A DNA stretch of 64,000 nucleotides from Clostridia bacterium (GTDB lineage: Bacteria > Bacillota > Clostridia > Oscillospirales > CAG-272). Where the stretch lies: NCBI GenBank assembly GCA_017399025.1, contig JAFQEK010000045.1, forward strand, positions 6,661-70,660. The letters are read 5' to 3'. Of this stretch, positions 36,007 to 45,530 are shown piece by piece. The notes under the pieces were generated by a model that did no database searches, had not been told where the DNA came from, and saw only the letters and a program-made list of their open reading frames with translations. The position numbers were made by a program, and so were the translations under genes. Every line of letters begins with the position of its first letter. Position 1 is the stretch's first letter.

Positions 36007-36035
36007 ATAATACTATATGAATTTCAATTTTTCAA
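36007..36035 (-). promoter_or_regulatory. sigma-A type promoter of the SLH gene (TTGAAA-17-TATTAT)
   Basis: On the minus strand the -35 is at 36030-36035 and the -10 at 36007-36012, with a 17-bp spacer. Confidence 0.55.
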
Positions 36036-36214
36036 GAAGTTTTTGAAAATTGTAACACAACTGTAACATAACGCCTTTTCTGCCAAATATATGTAACAAA
36101 TCCGCTTTTTCTTTATAAAATGTTTACATAAACGAGGCGCGGAAAAGGAAAGATGCGGAAATCTTTTGTAACAATTCATTTCCTTAATTATATTATATAC
36201 AGTAAATTTTGCCG

Positions 36215-36243
36215 AAAAAAGGACGCTCGCCGAGCGTCCTTTG
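36215..36243 (-). terminator. rho-independent terminator after pheT
   Basis: The minus strand reads AAAGGACGC-loop-GCGTCCTTTTTT. Confidence 0.8.
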
Positions 36244-36251
36244 CAATGATG

Positions 36252-38687
36252 TTATTTTCTGATGGTAATACCGAGAATACGTTCCACGCCGCGCAAAATT
36301 TTTGCCGCAGCCTTGTCTGCTTCTTCAACGGTCAGCGTGTGATCCGCGCTGCGCAAAGAAACCGAGAACGAAACGCTCTTTTTGCCTTCTCCGAGCTGAA
36401 CGCCGCGGTAGATATCGAAGAATCTGATATCTTCGATCAGGGAAACGCCGGAATGGCGCATAGCATCCTCAATCGCACCAACGGTGATCTCTTCATCGCA
36501 AACGAAGGAGAAGTCTCTCGTACTTGCGGGGAATTTCGGCAGAGCCTTATAGGATTTTTTGCTGTTGGATTTTTCGAAAACAGTTTCAAAATCAATTTCA
36601 GCCAGATAAACTGCGCGGTCAAAGGTGTAATTCTGCGCTACTACGGGATGCAATTCGCCCATAACGCCGAGCAATGCACCGTCCGCGGTTCTCATTTCCG
36701 CACATCTTCCGGGATGGAAGGTTGCTTCATCGGTTTTTGCTATAAATTTCGCAGAGATGCCCGCGCATGCGAAAATTTCTTCGCACATACCCTTCAATGT
36801 ATAGAAATCACCGGTACCGTAAAGACCGATCATGATTTTTACGCGTTCATCGGGAAGCGTGCCTTCCAGACCGTGAATATTGGTAACTACGCCCTCTCTG
36901 GGGAGGAATACTTTTGCCATTTCGTAAAGCGCAACAGAATCGTTATCTTTGTTGCGGTTGATTTCCAAGGTTTCCAACATGGAAGGAATTGCCGTTGTGC
37001 GCATGGTTTTCGTATCTTCACCGAAAGGATTCATGATTTCAACGGATTTGCGGCGGATATCATTTTCCGCAAGACCTGCTTTATCGTAAAGCTTTGCAGA
37101 CATAAAGGAATACGTATAGATTTCATCCAGACCGAAACCGAGCAAAACGCCGTGCAGCTGTTTTTGCAGGGACTGCTTCTTGGTCAGACCGCCCTGTGTC
37201 ATAGAAGAAACGATGTTTCCGGATTGAATTTCGTTATAACCGTAAATACGAACAACTTCTTCCGCAATATCGTTCATGCAGCGAACGTCATCACGGTAAG
37301 AAGGAACGGTGATCACGCCGTCTTTGATTTCGAAATGCAGACTTTCCAGAATGCGGATCATTTGCTGCGCGGAAAGGTTGATGCCAAGGAATTTATTCAT
37401 TCTTTCGGGTTCAAAAGCAACGGTCGCAATTTCTTTTTTCACGGGATAAACATCAATCATTCCGCCAACCACTTCGCCCGCGCCGAGCAGATTGACAAGC
37501 TCGCACGCACGTTCCAGTGCACCGATGGTGTTTTCGCTGTCAAGACCTTTTTCAAAACGGGAGGAGGAGTCAGTACGCATACCGAGCTTTTTGGCAGTAA
37601 TACGAACAGAGCTTCCGAGGAACATGGCAGATTCAAAAACAACGGTTGTGGTGTCATCTGTAATTTCGCTGTTCGCGCCGCCCATAACACCCGCAATAGC
37701 AACGGGTTTTTTACCGTCGGCAATGACGAGCATGTCGCTTTCCAGGTTTCTTTCCTGATTATCAAGCGTCATGAAAACTTCTTTGTCGCCTGCGGTACGA
37801 ACTTCGATATGCTTGCCATCCAAGCACTTGTAGTCAAACGCGTGCATGGGTTGACCGTATTCCAGCATAACGTAATTCGTAATATCTACAATATTATTAA
37901 TAGGGCGGATGCCCGAAGCGCGCAATCTCATGCGCAGCCAAAGCGGAGAAGGTTCGATCTTTACGTTCTTTACTACGCGCGCACTGTAACGGAAACATTT
38001 TTCTGTATCCTTAATTGCGATATCCAGATAATCGTTGATATTTCCATCAGATTCGCGAACGGCGGGTGTAGGGATGCGAAGTTCTTTGTCAAAGCTTGCC
38101 GCGCTTTCTCTTGCAAGACCGATCACGGAAAGACAGTCGGGACGGTTGGGCGTGATTTCAAACTCAACCGCTCTGTCGCGCATACCGAGAACATCCACAA
38201 TATCATCACCGGGACGGTAAGAAAGCTCGGGGTATGCGTTGAGGATCAGAATGCCATCTGTGGGAGCGTTCGGCATATCGTGAAGAGTGAGTCCGAGCTC
38301 TTCGATGGAGCAGAACATACCCTCGGAGATCATACCGCGAAGCTTACCGGATTTGATTTCATGTCCGGTTGCAAGCTTGACCACCCTTTTTTCATCCTTG
38401 GGACAATAGCAAACGGGAACATACGCACCCTCATAAACGTTTTTAGCCGCTGTGATGATCTGCAAAGTCTTTTCTCCGCAGTCAACCTGGCAAACAACCA
38501 ATCTTTCCGCGTCGGGATGCTGTTCCACCTTGAGAATCAGACCGACTCTGACGCCGTCCACTTCGGAGCCGCAAAGCTCATAGCCTTCCACCTTCGAACC
38601 GGTATCCGTCATTCTATCGCAATATTTTTTGATATCAATATCCGAACAATCCACGAAATCGGAAAGCCAATTCATTGACAATACCAT
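36252..38687 (-). CDS. pheT: phenylalanine--tRNA ligase beta subunit
   Basis: 811 aa. N-terminus MNWLSDFV, plus tRNA-binding, B3/4, B5 and FDX-ACB regions. AAGGAG RBS 10 nt upstream of the ATG at 38687. Confidence 0.92.
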   Translation of the reverse strand: MVLSMNWLSDFVDCSDIDIKKYCDRMTDTGSKVEGYELCGSEVDGVRVGLILKVEQHPDAERLVVCQVDCGEKTLQIITAAKNVYEGAYVPVCYCPKDEKRVVKLATGHEIKSGKLRGMISEGMFCSIEELGLTLHDMPNAPTDGILILNAYPELSYRPGDDIVDVLGMRDRAVEFEITPNRPDCLSVIGLARESAASFDKELRIPTPAVRESDGNINDYLDIAIKDTEKCFRYSARVVKNVKIEPSPLWLRMRLRASGIRPINNIVDITNYVMLEYGQPMHAFDYKCLDGKHIEVRTAGDKEVFMTLDNQERNLESDMLVIADGKKPVAIAGVMGGANSEITDDTTTVVFESAMFLGSSVRITAKKLGMRTDSSSRFEKGLDSENTIGALERACELVNLLGAGEVVGGMIDVYPVKKEIATVAFEPERMNKFLGINLSAQQMIRILESLHFEIKDGVITVPSYRDDVRCMNDIAEEVVRIYGYNEIQSGNIVSSMTQGGLTKKQSLQKQLHGVLLGFGLDEIYTYSFMSAKLYDKAGLAENDIRRKSVEIMNPFGEDTKTMRTTAIPSMLETLEINRNKDNDSVALYEMAKVFLPREGVVTNIHGLEGTLPDERVKIMIGLYGTGDFYTLKGMCEEIFACAGISAKFIAKTDEATFHPGRCAEMRTADGALLGVMGELHPVVAQNYTFDRAVYLAEIDFETVFEKSNSKKSYKALPKFPASTRDFSFVCDEEITVGAIEDAMRHSGVSLIEDIRFFDIYRGVQLGEGKKSVSFSVSLRSADHTLTVEEADKAAAKILRGVERILGITIRK

Positions 38688-38709
38688 AAAAATTCACACT
38701 CCTTTTCCA

Positions 38710-39720
38710 TTAAAACTGACGCAAGAAACGAACGTCGTTTTCGTACATCAAACGAAGGTCATCGATGCCGAGTCTTGCCATTGTGATTCTTTCCACGCCC
38801 ATACCGAAAGCAAAACCGGAATATTCGTTGGGATCAATGCCGCAATTGGAAAGAACGAAGGGGTGTACCATACCCGCACCGAGGATTTCCATCCAACCCT
38901 CGCCCTTGCAGAGACGGCAACCCTTCCCGCCGCAAACGAAACAGGAAACGTCAACTTCTGCGGAAGGCTCCGTAAACGGGAAGTGGTGAGGACGGAAACG
39001 GATTTTCGTTTCGGGACCAAACATCTGCTTTGCGAAAAGCTCCAGAATGCCCTTGAGGTCGCCCATGGTGATACCCTTGTCCACAACAAGACCCTCAACC
39101 TGGTGGAAAATCGGAGAGTGTGTCGCATCCGCAGGGTCAGCGCGGTAAACACGACCGGGAGAAATGATACGGATCGGAGGCTTTTTGTTTTCCATGACAC
39201 GAACCTGAACGGGAGAGGTCTGGGAACGGAGCAGAATATTATCCGTAATATAGAAGGTATCCTGCGTGTCGCGCGCGGGATGGTTTTTCGGGAGGTTCAG
39301 CGCTTCGAAGTTATAGTAGTCATATTCCACTTCGGGACCTTCTGCAATGGAAAAGCCCATACCGATAAAGATTTCGCGAAGCATTTCTTCTGTCTGCGCA
39401 ATGGGATGGCGATGTCCGACCGTCTGGATTTTGCCGGGGAGCGTAACATCCAATTTTTCGGTCATCAAACGGCGTTCCATCTCTTTTTTCTTCTGTTCTT
39501 CCGCTTTGTTTGTCAAAGCAGCTTCAATGGTTGCTCTGACTTCATTGGCAAGCTGACCGATAATCGGTCTTTCCGCGGGAGCAACCTTGCCCATACCGCG
39601 AAGGACGGCTGTCAGTTCGCCCTTTTTGCCGAGATATTTGATGCGAAGCTCTTCGGTGTTTTCCGCAGCTTCAATTTCGGCCACTGCTTTGATACGGATC
39701 TGTTCAAGCAATTCTTTCAT
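38710..39720 (-). CDS. pheS: phenylalanine--tRNA ligase alpha subunit
   Basis: Class II motifs ([32 protein letters not shown]). The ATG at 39720 (MKELLEQI) follows AAAGGA. The longer ORF-track start runs into the T-box terminator. Confidence 0.92.
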   Translation of the reverse strand: MKELLEQIRIKAVAEIEAAENTEELRIKYLGKKGELTAVLRGMGKVAPAERPIIGQLANEVRATIEAALTNKAEEQKKKEMERRLMTEKLDVTLPGKIQTVGHRHPIAQTEEMLREIFIGMGFSIAEGPEVEYDYYNFEALNLPKNHPARDTQDTFYITDNILLRSQTSPVQVRVMENKKPPIRIISPGRVYRADPADATHSPIFHQVEGLVVDKGITMGDLKGILELFAKQMFGPETKIRFRPHHFPFTEPSAEVDVSCFVCGGKGCRLCKGEGWMEILGAGMVHPFVLSNCGIDPNEYSGFAFGMGVERITMARLGIDDLRLMYENDVRFLRQF

Positions 39721-39794
39721 AAAACGTATTTCCTTTCGAGAATGGTAATAATAAATGGTATATGTGCCGCGTTTTTCGTTTGTTTTCCAAAAAT

Positions 39795-40066
39795 TTCCAT
39801 AAAATAAAAAACTCCCGTCCGCAGCAAAGGGACGGGAGCATAAAGCTTCCGCGGTACCACCCGATTTTCCCGAAAATATTCTTTTCGGAACACTCAAATT
39901 TCTGCCGATAACGGGGCGTTCCGTCTGATGCTACTGCGATTTCACACCAACCACTCCAAAGCGAAAGGCACACCGCAACGGATGATCCGATCTCAGCAAA
40001 TTCGAATCTCTCTGTAAAGCCGTTTTTTGCGGATAGCCGCTTTTTCACCGTGTTTTCATAACCATA
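39795..40066 (-). promoter_or_regulatory. T-box riboswitch leader (Phe) with intrinsic terminator
   Basis: The minus strand reads ...CAGAGAGA..., GGTGTGA (distal-loop-like), the T-box motif AATCGGGTGGTACCGCGG (plus-strand 39850-39862), then the terminator CTCCCGTCC-loop-GGACGGGAGTTTTTT (39812-39838). UUC and UUU triplets are present in candidate specifier regions. Confidence 0.85.
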
Positions 40067-40072
40067 TGAAAT

Positions 40073-40101
40073 AGAATATCACATTTTTTTGCATTTTGCA
40101 A
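40073..40101 (-). promoter_or_regulatory. sigma-A type promoter for the pheST T-box leader (TTGCAA-17-TATTCT)
   Basis: On the minus strand the -35 is at 40096-40101 and the -10 at 40073-40078. Confidence 0.5.
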
Positions 40102-40167
40102 TAACATTTTTAAAAAAATTTTATATTTTTTTCATTTTTCTTTTGTTAAAATTGTTAAAATTGGATA

Positions 40168-40196
40168 TTGACAATTTTTACGTTTTCCTATATAAT
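40168..40196 (+). promoter_or_regulatory. consensus sigma-A promoter (TTGACA-17-TATAAT)
   Basis: TTGACA at 40168-40173 and TATAAT at 40191-40196, with an exact 17-bp spacer. Confidence 0.75.
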
Positions 40197-40265
40197 ATAA
40201 ATTGTAAACAATTTGTTAAATTTGTTTACAAAACCAATAATTTTATCTTTACGGAGGAATTAAAA

Positions 40266-40607
40266 ATGAAAAGAATCCTTTCTATCGTTCTTGCTGTTGC
40301 AGTTCTCGCAACTCTTTGCCTGACTCTCGCTTCTTGTGGCAAACTTTCCGGCACATACGAAAACAAAGGTATGTTCACCACAACATCTCTTACATTCAAG
40401 GGTGACACTGTTACCATTGAAATGGGTAGCGTCAAAGCAGAAGGCACTTATGAAATCAAAGATGAAAAAATCACCATCGAAATCGAAAACGACGGCAAAC
40501 TCGGTTTGGATGACCTGCTCAAAGGCTTCAACGGCGAACACGATTTTGAAAAAGGCAAAGATTACATCAAGATCGGCAGCACCAAGTACACAAAAGCTGA
40601 CAAATAA
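40266..40607 (+). CDS. small lipoprotein (113 aa)
   Basis: Signal peptide MKRILSIVLAVAVLATLCLTLASC with the lipobox LASC. GGAGG RBS at 40253-40257. Confidence 0.8.
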   Translation: MKRILSIVLAVAVLATLCLTLASCGKLSGTYENKGMFTTTSLTFKGDTVTIEMGSVKAEGTYEIKDEKITIEIENDGKLGLDDLLKGFNGEHDFEKGKDYIKIGSTKYTKADK

Positions 40608-40637
40608 TTTTTGAAATTTTTTGCTTGAAAACAAAAG

Positions 40638-40679
40638 CGGCAGTTTTTTACCGAAAGGTATTGAACTGCCGTTCTTTTT
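40638..40679 (+). terminator. rho-independent terminator
   Basis: CGGCAGTT-loop-AACTGCCG followed by TTCTTTTT. Confidence 0.65.
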
Positions 40680-40732
40680 ATAGTATAATAAGCTGTATAT
40701 ACTTTAACAATTTATAAGAAATGGAGATTTTT

Positions 40733-41052
40733 ATGAAACGCAGTTTAAGTTTTATTACATCCATTGCACCGAAGTTGTTTTTGCTGCTCCCTTTTCCTGG
40801 AATGATAAAAATCTTTCGGGATGCTTAAAGGGAGAAGCCTCTGCCACAAATCAATTCAACGGAACAAAAGCAACCGTCAGCGGTGTTTACGAAAAACAGA
40901 CATTCTCCGCCGGCGAAAGTCAAAGCTTTATCCTGGAAATCCCGTTGGATGAACTTCGTGAAACCAAACCGGAAAAGCTGTATCTCCGTCTGGAAGCTTA
41001 TGTTAACGGCAAACTCTCTTATGTCATGATCAATTTCGAAATTGAATGGTAA
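40733..41052 (+). pseudogene. frameshifted small lipoprotein gene (paralog-like of 40266..40607)
   Basis: ATG at 40733 with a GGAG RBS opens MKRSLSFITSIAPKLFLLLPFPGMIKIFRDA* (stop at 40826). The -1 frame continues ...NLSGCLKGEASATNQFNGT...INFEIEW* to 41052 with no ATG of its own. The A5 run at 40806-40810 lies at the junction. Confidence 0.5.
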
Positions 41053-41061
41053 TTTGAAAGA

Positions 41062-41108
41062 AAACCGAGTCAAAAGTTTACACAAACGCTTGGCTCGGTT
41101 TCTTTTTC
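41062..41108 (+). terminator. rho-independent terminator
   Basis: AAACCGAGTC-loop-GGCTCGGTTT followed by CTTTTTC. Confidence 0.6.
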
Positions 41109-41153
41109 TAAAAATTTCAAAAAATTTTCATAACCGTCAAAAGGACTTTTCCC

Positions 41154-41182
41154 TTGACATTATCGTGTTCTTATATTATAAT
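41154..41182 (+). promoter_or_regulatory. consensus sigma-A promoter upstream of rny (TTGACA-17-TATAAT)
   Basis: TTGACA at 41154-41159 and TATAAT at 41177-41182. Confidence 0.7.
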
Positions 41183-41282
41183 ATAAGATGGTATATAACA
41201 GTTTTTTCCTCAAAGAACTGTGATATATTTTTGAATTTCTAAAATAAAATGTATAAAAGAAAAAGGAGGTGCTCCGTAATCC

Positions 41283-42863
41283 ATGGACCCAGTAATGATT
41301 AGTGTCATTTGCGCCATCGTCGGTCTTGCGTTCGGTACGGGCGCAGGTATTTTCGTCGGCAATAAAACCGGTTTCAAAAAAGGTTACCGGAACCGTTTGG
41401 AAATCGGTGAAAAAGCTATCGGCTCCGCAGAAAAGGAAGCGGAACGAATCGTTGCAGAAGCCAAAAGAAAGGGCGATGCCAAATACAAAGAAATGGTTGT
41501 TGAAGCAAAAGAGGATATCCTCAAAGCAAAAACCGAAGCTGAACGAGAAAACAAAGAACGCCGCCAAGAGATCCTTCGTTTGGAAAACAAAGCCCTTGCC
41601 AAAGAAGAAACTCTGGAAAAGAAAATTGAAAATTTCGAGCGCAAGGACGAGCTTCTGAACAAAAAAATTCGTGAAAATGAAAAAATCCACGAAGAAATTG
41701 AGCAGATTAAATCCAAACAGCTTGAAAAGCTTGAAGAAATCAGCGGATATACGTCTGAAACGGCAAAAGCCGAGCTTGTGTCCAAGATCGAAACGGAAGC
41801 AAAACGCGAAGCTGCCGTCAAAATGACTCAGATCGAAGCGGAACTTAAAGATACTGCTGACGAAAAGGCAAAGAAGCTTATCACGGAAGCCATTCAAAGA
41901 CTTGCTTCCGGACATGTTTCCGAAACAACCGTTTCCGTTGTTCCTCTGCCCAGCGAGGAAATGAAGGGACGCATCATCGGACGCGAAGGAAGAAACATTC
42001 ATAAAATTGAAACTTTGACAGGTGTGGACTTGATTATTGACGATACACCTGAAGCAATCACTCTTTCCTGTTTTGACCCGATTCGCAGAGAAATCGCTCG
42101 CATTGTTCTCGAAAGATTGATCTCCGACGGACGCATTCATCCGTCCAGAATTGAAGAAACTTTTGAAAAAGCACAAAAAGAAGTGGAGCAAAGCATCAAG
42201 CAAGCCGGTGAAAAAGCCGCTTTCGATACCTTCGTCAACGGTTTGCATCCCGACCTTGTCCGTTTGCTCGGTAAACTCAAATACCGCACAAGTTATGGAC
42301 AGAATGTTCTTGACCACTCCATAGAGGTTGCTTATCTTGCAGGCGCGATGGCAAGCGAGCTCGGACTCGACAGCACGCTCGCAAGACGTGCAGGTCTACT
42401 TCATGACATCGGTAAAGCACTTACACAAGAGGTGGAAGGTTCTCACATTCAGCTCGGTGTTGAAATTGCCCGTAAATTCAAAGAAAACAGAGATGTCGTT
42501 CACGCCATTGAAGCGCACCACGGCGATGTGGAAGCAAAGAATGTGATTGCTATTCTCGTACAGGCAGCGGATGCGATTTCCGCAGCAAGACCCGGCGCAC
42601 GCCGAGAAGATCTTGACAGTTACATCAAACGTCTGCAGAAGCTGGAAGAAATTGCAAATGCCTTTGACGGTGTTGAAAAATCCTACGCCATTCAGGCAGG
42701 ACGCGAAATCCGCGTCATCGTAAAACCCGAAATGGTCGTTGATGCCGAAATCGTGATCATTGCTCACGATATCGCTAAAAAAATCGAGGCTGAACTGGAA
42801 TACCCCGGTCAGATTAAAGTCCAGGTAATCCGCGAAAGCCGCGCGTTTGAATACGCAAAATAA
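41283..42863 (+). CDS. rny: ribonuclease Y
   Basis: N-terminal TM helix, coiled coil, KH domain ([11 protein letters not shown]) and HD domain (LLHDIGKA). 526 aa. Confidence 0.93.
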   Translation: MDPVMISVICAIVGLAFGTGAGIFVGNKTGFKKGYRNRLEIGEKAIGSAEKEAERIVAEAKRKGDAKYKEMVVEAKEDILKAKTEAERENKERRQEILRLENKALAKEETLEKKIENFERKDELLNKKIRENEKIHEEIEQIKSKQLEKLEEISGYTSETAKAELVSKIETEAKREAAVKMTQIEAELKDTADEKAKKLITEAIQRLASGHVSETTVSVVPLPSEEMKGRIIGREGRNIHKIETLTGVDLIIDDTPEAITLSCFDPIRREIARIVLERLISDGRIHPSRIEETFEKAQKEVEQSIKQAGEKAAFDTFVNGLHPDLVRLLGKLKYRTSYGQNVLDHSIEVAYLAGAMASELGLDSTLARRAGLLHDIGKALTQEVEGSHIQLGVEIARKFKENRDVVHAIEAHHGDVEAKNVIAILVQAADAISAARPGARREDLDSYIKRLQKLEEIANAFDGVEKSYAIQAGREIRVIVKPEMVVDAEIVIIAHDIAKKIEAELEYPGQIKVQVIRESRAFEYAK

Positions 42864-42936
42864 TTTTATATAGATTTTAATATAGATTGTTAAAATGAAA
42901 ATTTCAGCTCCGCTGAGAATATATAAAATGAAGTTA

Positions 42937-42980
42937 AAAACTCCGATACGGAAATTTCCGCATCGGAGTTTTCGTTTTTA
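42937..42980. terminator. bidirectional terminator between rny and the PHP phosphatase gene
   Basis: AAAACTCCGATACGG-AAATTT-CCGCATCGGAGTTTT, with one mismatch in the stem. Confidence 0.75.
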
Positions 42981-42986
42981 AATATT

Positions 42987-43805
42987 TTAATCAAGACCGA
43001 CCGCTTCGAAGCCCGAATCTTTCAGAATGTAAATTTCTTTGAATCCGACAGATTTCAGAAGTTCTGCGCTATCATCAAAGCTTTGTTTGAGAAAGTTTCC
43101 GTCATGACAGTCGGAGCTGATACAAGCTCCCCAACCATGTTCTTTCAAATATTTCAAAATAAAGGGATGCGGATACGGTGTCGTTCTGTAACCGCGGGAA
43201 ATCGCACCTGTATTGACCTCAAAAAACGGGATTTTTCCAGTCAATGCCTCCAACGCATCCAACGCATATTTTTGATATATGGGAGAATCAATATCGAAAA
43301 AGTTTTCTTTCTCGGAGAATTTGCAGATCAAGTCCGCATGACCAAGAATATCTGTCTTCGCAAAATTCGGAAGCTGAGCAAGTGTTTCATAATATGCTTT
43401 CGCATATTTCATACCGTCTCCGCCGAAATAATCCTTGATGATGCCCGCAACGACGGGCGCAGTACGGTCAAAACCGACGTGTTTTCCATCAATCAGAAGA
43501 TAGTGCGCCGTTCCGATCATATAATCATATCCTGAAAGATCAATTTCGGAATACATATCAAATTCCAGACCGCAGAAAATATCGATCTGTCCTTTGTATT
43601 TTTCTTTCATTGCGCGAACTTCTTTTTTATACTGCTCCGTCCCTTCCAAAGACATGGAGTGGTCGGGCGCATAAAACATATACGAATGTCCCGAAAAACC
43701 AACGGAATCAAAACCAAGCGCAATGGCTTTTTCAATCATTCCCTCTACGCTGTCCTTTCCGTCGCAATAAGTCGTGTGCGTATGTAAATTCTGATAATAT
43801 TTCAT
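42987..43805 (-). CDS. histidinol-phosphatase (HisJ) family PHP-domain protein
   Basis: N-terminus NLHTHTTYCDGK...GFSGHS. 272 aa. AAGGAG RBS. Confidence 0.7.
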   Translation of the reverse strand: MKYYQNLHTHTTYCDGKDSVEGMIEKAIALGFDSVGFSGHSYMFYAPDHSMSLEGTEQYKKEVRAMKEKYKGQIDIFCGLEFDMYSEIDLSGYDYMIGTAHYLLIDGKHVGFDRTAPVVAGIIKDYFGGDGMKYAKAYYETLAQLPNFAKTDILGHADLICKFSEKENFFDIDSPIYQKYALDALEALTGKIPFFEVNTGAISRGYRTTPYPHPFILKYLKEHGWGACISSDCHDGNFLKQSFDDSAELLKSVGFKEIYILKDSGFEAVGLD

Positions 43806-43817
43806 GATACACTCTCC

Positions 43818-45530
43818 TTAATCTTCAATCATTCCCATTTTCGCATCTGCCGCGCGGAAAAATGCATCCGTAGCTTTGCCTCTCTGAATCAGTTCATTCC
43901 AGATTGCCCAGATCGAGGCATTCCAGCCTTGATTGGCTTTCACACCCTTTCCCTTGATCGTATGCATATATTCATGCGTTGCGCCGTCATAATCCAGATC
44001 AATCATCAGGCGTTCCGTCAGATTCTTTTCCGCATCGGAAATCCCGTGAAGATATGCGGCAATATGGAAAAGCATTTCGTAAACGTGGTAGGAACCTCCG
44101 TTTGCATATCTTCCTGTTTCAATGGTATCAAATCCGGGATGAATAAAGCCATTCCAGCCAAATGCTTCCAAGGGAAGATAAGAACCGTCTTCCGCAGAAA
44201 CGATTTTGAGACCGTAAGGAGTTCGGGAAGCGCCGTCACAAATTTTCCGATACGTTTTTTCCACCATGTCATCGGGAATGAAAAGCTCATCGAAAAGCAT
44301 ATAATGAAGCACTTCTCCGACCGTGATATCCAAAGCAAGATATTGCTTCTGCTCACTCAAAGGAATAAATGAGCCGTTGAACAGAGATTTGTATTTTTCA
44401 ATTGCTCTTTCCTTACGTTCTCCGATGTCAAAGCCCAAACGTTTTGCCGCTTCCAATGCACAAACGAGGAGCCCTTGATTGTAGGCATCCACATCGTCAA
44501 AAGCAAACGCACAAATATCAAACCAATTTCGAAAATCGCCGTGTTCTCTGCAATTCGGATAAAATCCCCCATCCGCTTTGAACTTATTCATACAGGAGAT
44601 CATGCAGTCAAATGCACGTTTTGCCTTTTCACGGTTGAATGTTTTTCTGTTTTTGAATATACGGTAAGACCAGATCAGATACATAAGCGGATTTTCCGCA
44701 TCGATAAATTCGTAGCTCAATGCTTGATAGCATTGCTCGTCCATATATTCATCCAGAATCCAAGTCTGATAAAAGGAATCCCGGAAATATTGCGTATTGG
44801 CATATTCAATTCCGGCAACGACCCATTTATCACTGTTTCCTGTTTCGTTTTTACGAATGTGCATATAATTACAAGCAAAGCATACCGCGCGGTACGGAGA
44901 ATCGCTTCCGCTTCCCCAAACCTTTTCAATCATGAGAAAAACCTCTCGTCTGATGGATTTCAGCGTATGTGCATTGGCGCGGAAGGCAACAAAACGAAAT
45001 GTATGTGTTTTTCCTTTTCCGATCTCATGATAAATAGGCTCAAAGCAGTCGCTTTCGGGATAATTCGGAGCGCCGCCGCAATCTCCCGATGAAAGATAAA
45101 AGCATTTCTCCTCGGGAATGATATGCTGTGTGGTTGCATTTTCAAAATAGGAAGGATTATCCGAAACAAAAATTTCTGTTTCCCCATCCGTAACGGCAGC
45201 AACCATCGGAATGGCACCCCTCTGCATTTTAAAGGCATAATTATGTACGTCATGTGGGCTTTGGCGGAAAATTCTTTCATCTCGGCAAGGTCCCTGGAAG
45301 GAATAGAAGCAGCCTTCTCCCTTGCCGCAAAGAGAGATATATACAGAAGCCTTTTTTTCAGAAGAAACGGTAATTTCTATGATTTTATAAACACCCTTTT
45401 CCGTACATGAAATTTGAAATTCATACGGAGCAACCACAACCGTTCTCTTACCTGTTTGTGTAAAAATATCTGCGCATTCCTCAATCGGAAAACAATTTTC
45501 TCTGGTATGCAAAACATAAGAATATTTCAT
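43818..45530 (-). CDS. hypothetical protein, possibly an (alpha/alpha)6-barrel glycoside-hydrolase-like fold
   Basis: 570 aa from the ATG at 45530 (AAAGGA RBS 8 nt upstream). The upstream ATG at 45560 has GGAGA abutting it. The C-terminal half resembles six-hairpin glycosidases only loosely. Confidence 0.5.
   Translation of the reverse strand: MKYSYVLHTRENCFPIEECADIFTQTGKRTVVVAPYEFQISCTEKGVYKIIEITVSSEKKASVYISLCGKGEGCFYSFQGPCRDERIFRQSPHDVHNYAFKMQRGAIPMVAAVTDGETEIFVSDNPSYFENATTQHIIPEEKCFYLSSGDCGGAPNYPESDCFEPIYHEIGKGKTHTFRFVAFRANAHTLKSIRREVFLMIEKVWGSGSDSPYRAVCFACNYMHIRKNETGNSDKWVVAGIEYANTQYFRDSFYQTWILDEYMDEQCYQALSYEFIDAENPLMYLIWSYRIFKNRKTFNREKAKRAFDCMISCMNKFKADGGFYPNCREHGDFRNWFDICAFAFDDVDAYNQGLLVCALEAAKRLGFDIGERKERAIEKYKSLFNGSFIPLSEQKQYLALDITVGEVLHYMLFDELFIPDDMVEKTYRKICDGASRTPYGLKIVSAEDGSYLPLEAFGWNGFIHPGFDTIETGRYANGGSYHVYEMLFHIAAYLHGISDAEKNLTERLMIDLDYDGATHEYMHTIKGKGVKANQGWNASIWAIWNELIQRGKATDAFFRAADAKMGMIED

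Noticed and set aside
31995-36020. 1341-aa plus-strand ORF, the longest in the window
   Set aside because: It is the codon-aligned antisense frame of the SLH protein gene. Its translation is low-complexity (I/F/N/V/C-rich). It has no RBS or signal features. The minus-strand product has a signal peptide, SLH repeats, an AGGAGG RBS, a promoter and a terminator.
36051-36068. TGTAACACAACTGTAACA as a TnrA/GlnR-type site
   Set aside because: The TnrA/GlnR consensus is TGTNA-N7-TNACA (17 bp). Here the half-sites are separated by 8 nt, and the heptamers are direct rather than inverted repeats.
36153-38678. 841-aa plus-strand ORF opposite pheT, and similar long antisense ORFs (48805..51249 opposite gyrA, 52167..53846 opposite gyrB, 58479..59498 opposite dnaA, 41160..42317 opposite rny, 8033..9067, 11221..12477, 14494..15513, 15818..17107, 17104..18519, 29082..30536, 38629..39807)
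   Set aside because: Each one I checked shares codon boundaries with a well-supported gene on the other strand. They are shadow ORFs caused by the scarcity of TTA/CTA/TCA codons in the real genes.
39704-40048. 114-aa minus-strand ORF and the 59-codon extension of pheS
   Set aside because: Both overlap the T-box leader, which contains the GGGTGGTACCGCG motif and an intrinsic terminator. The pheS RBS and a conserved N-terminus begin at 39720.
40089-40265. 59-codon N-terminal extension of the lipoprotein ORF
   Set aside because: It runs across the consensus promoter (40168-40196). The GGAGG RBS and a lipoprotein signal peptide begin at 40266.
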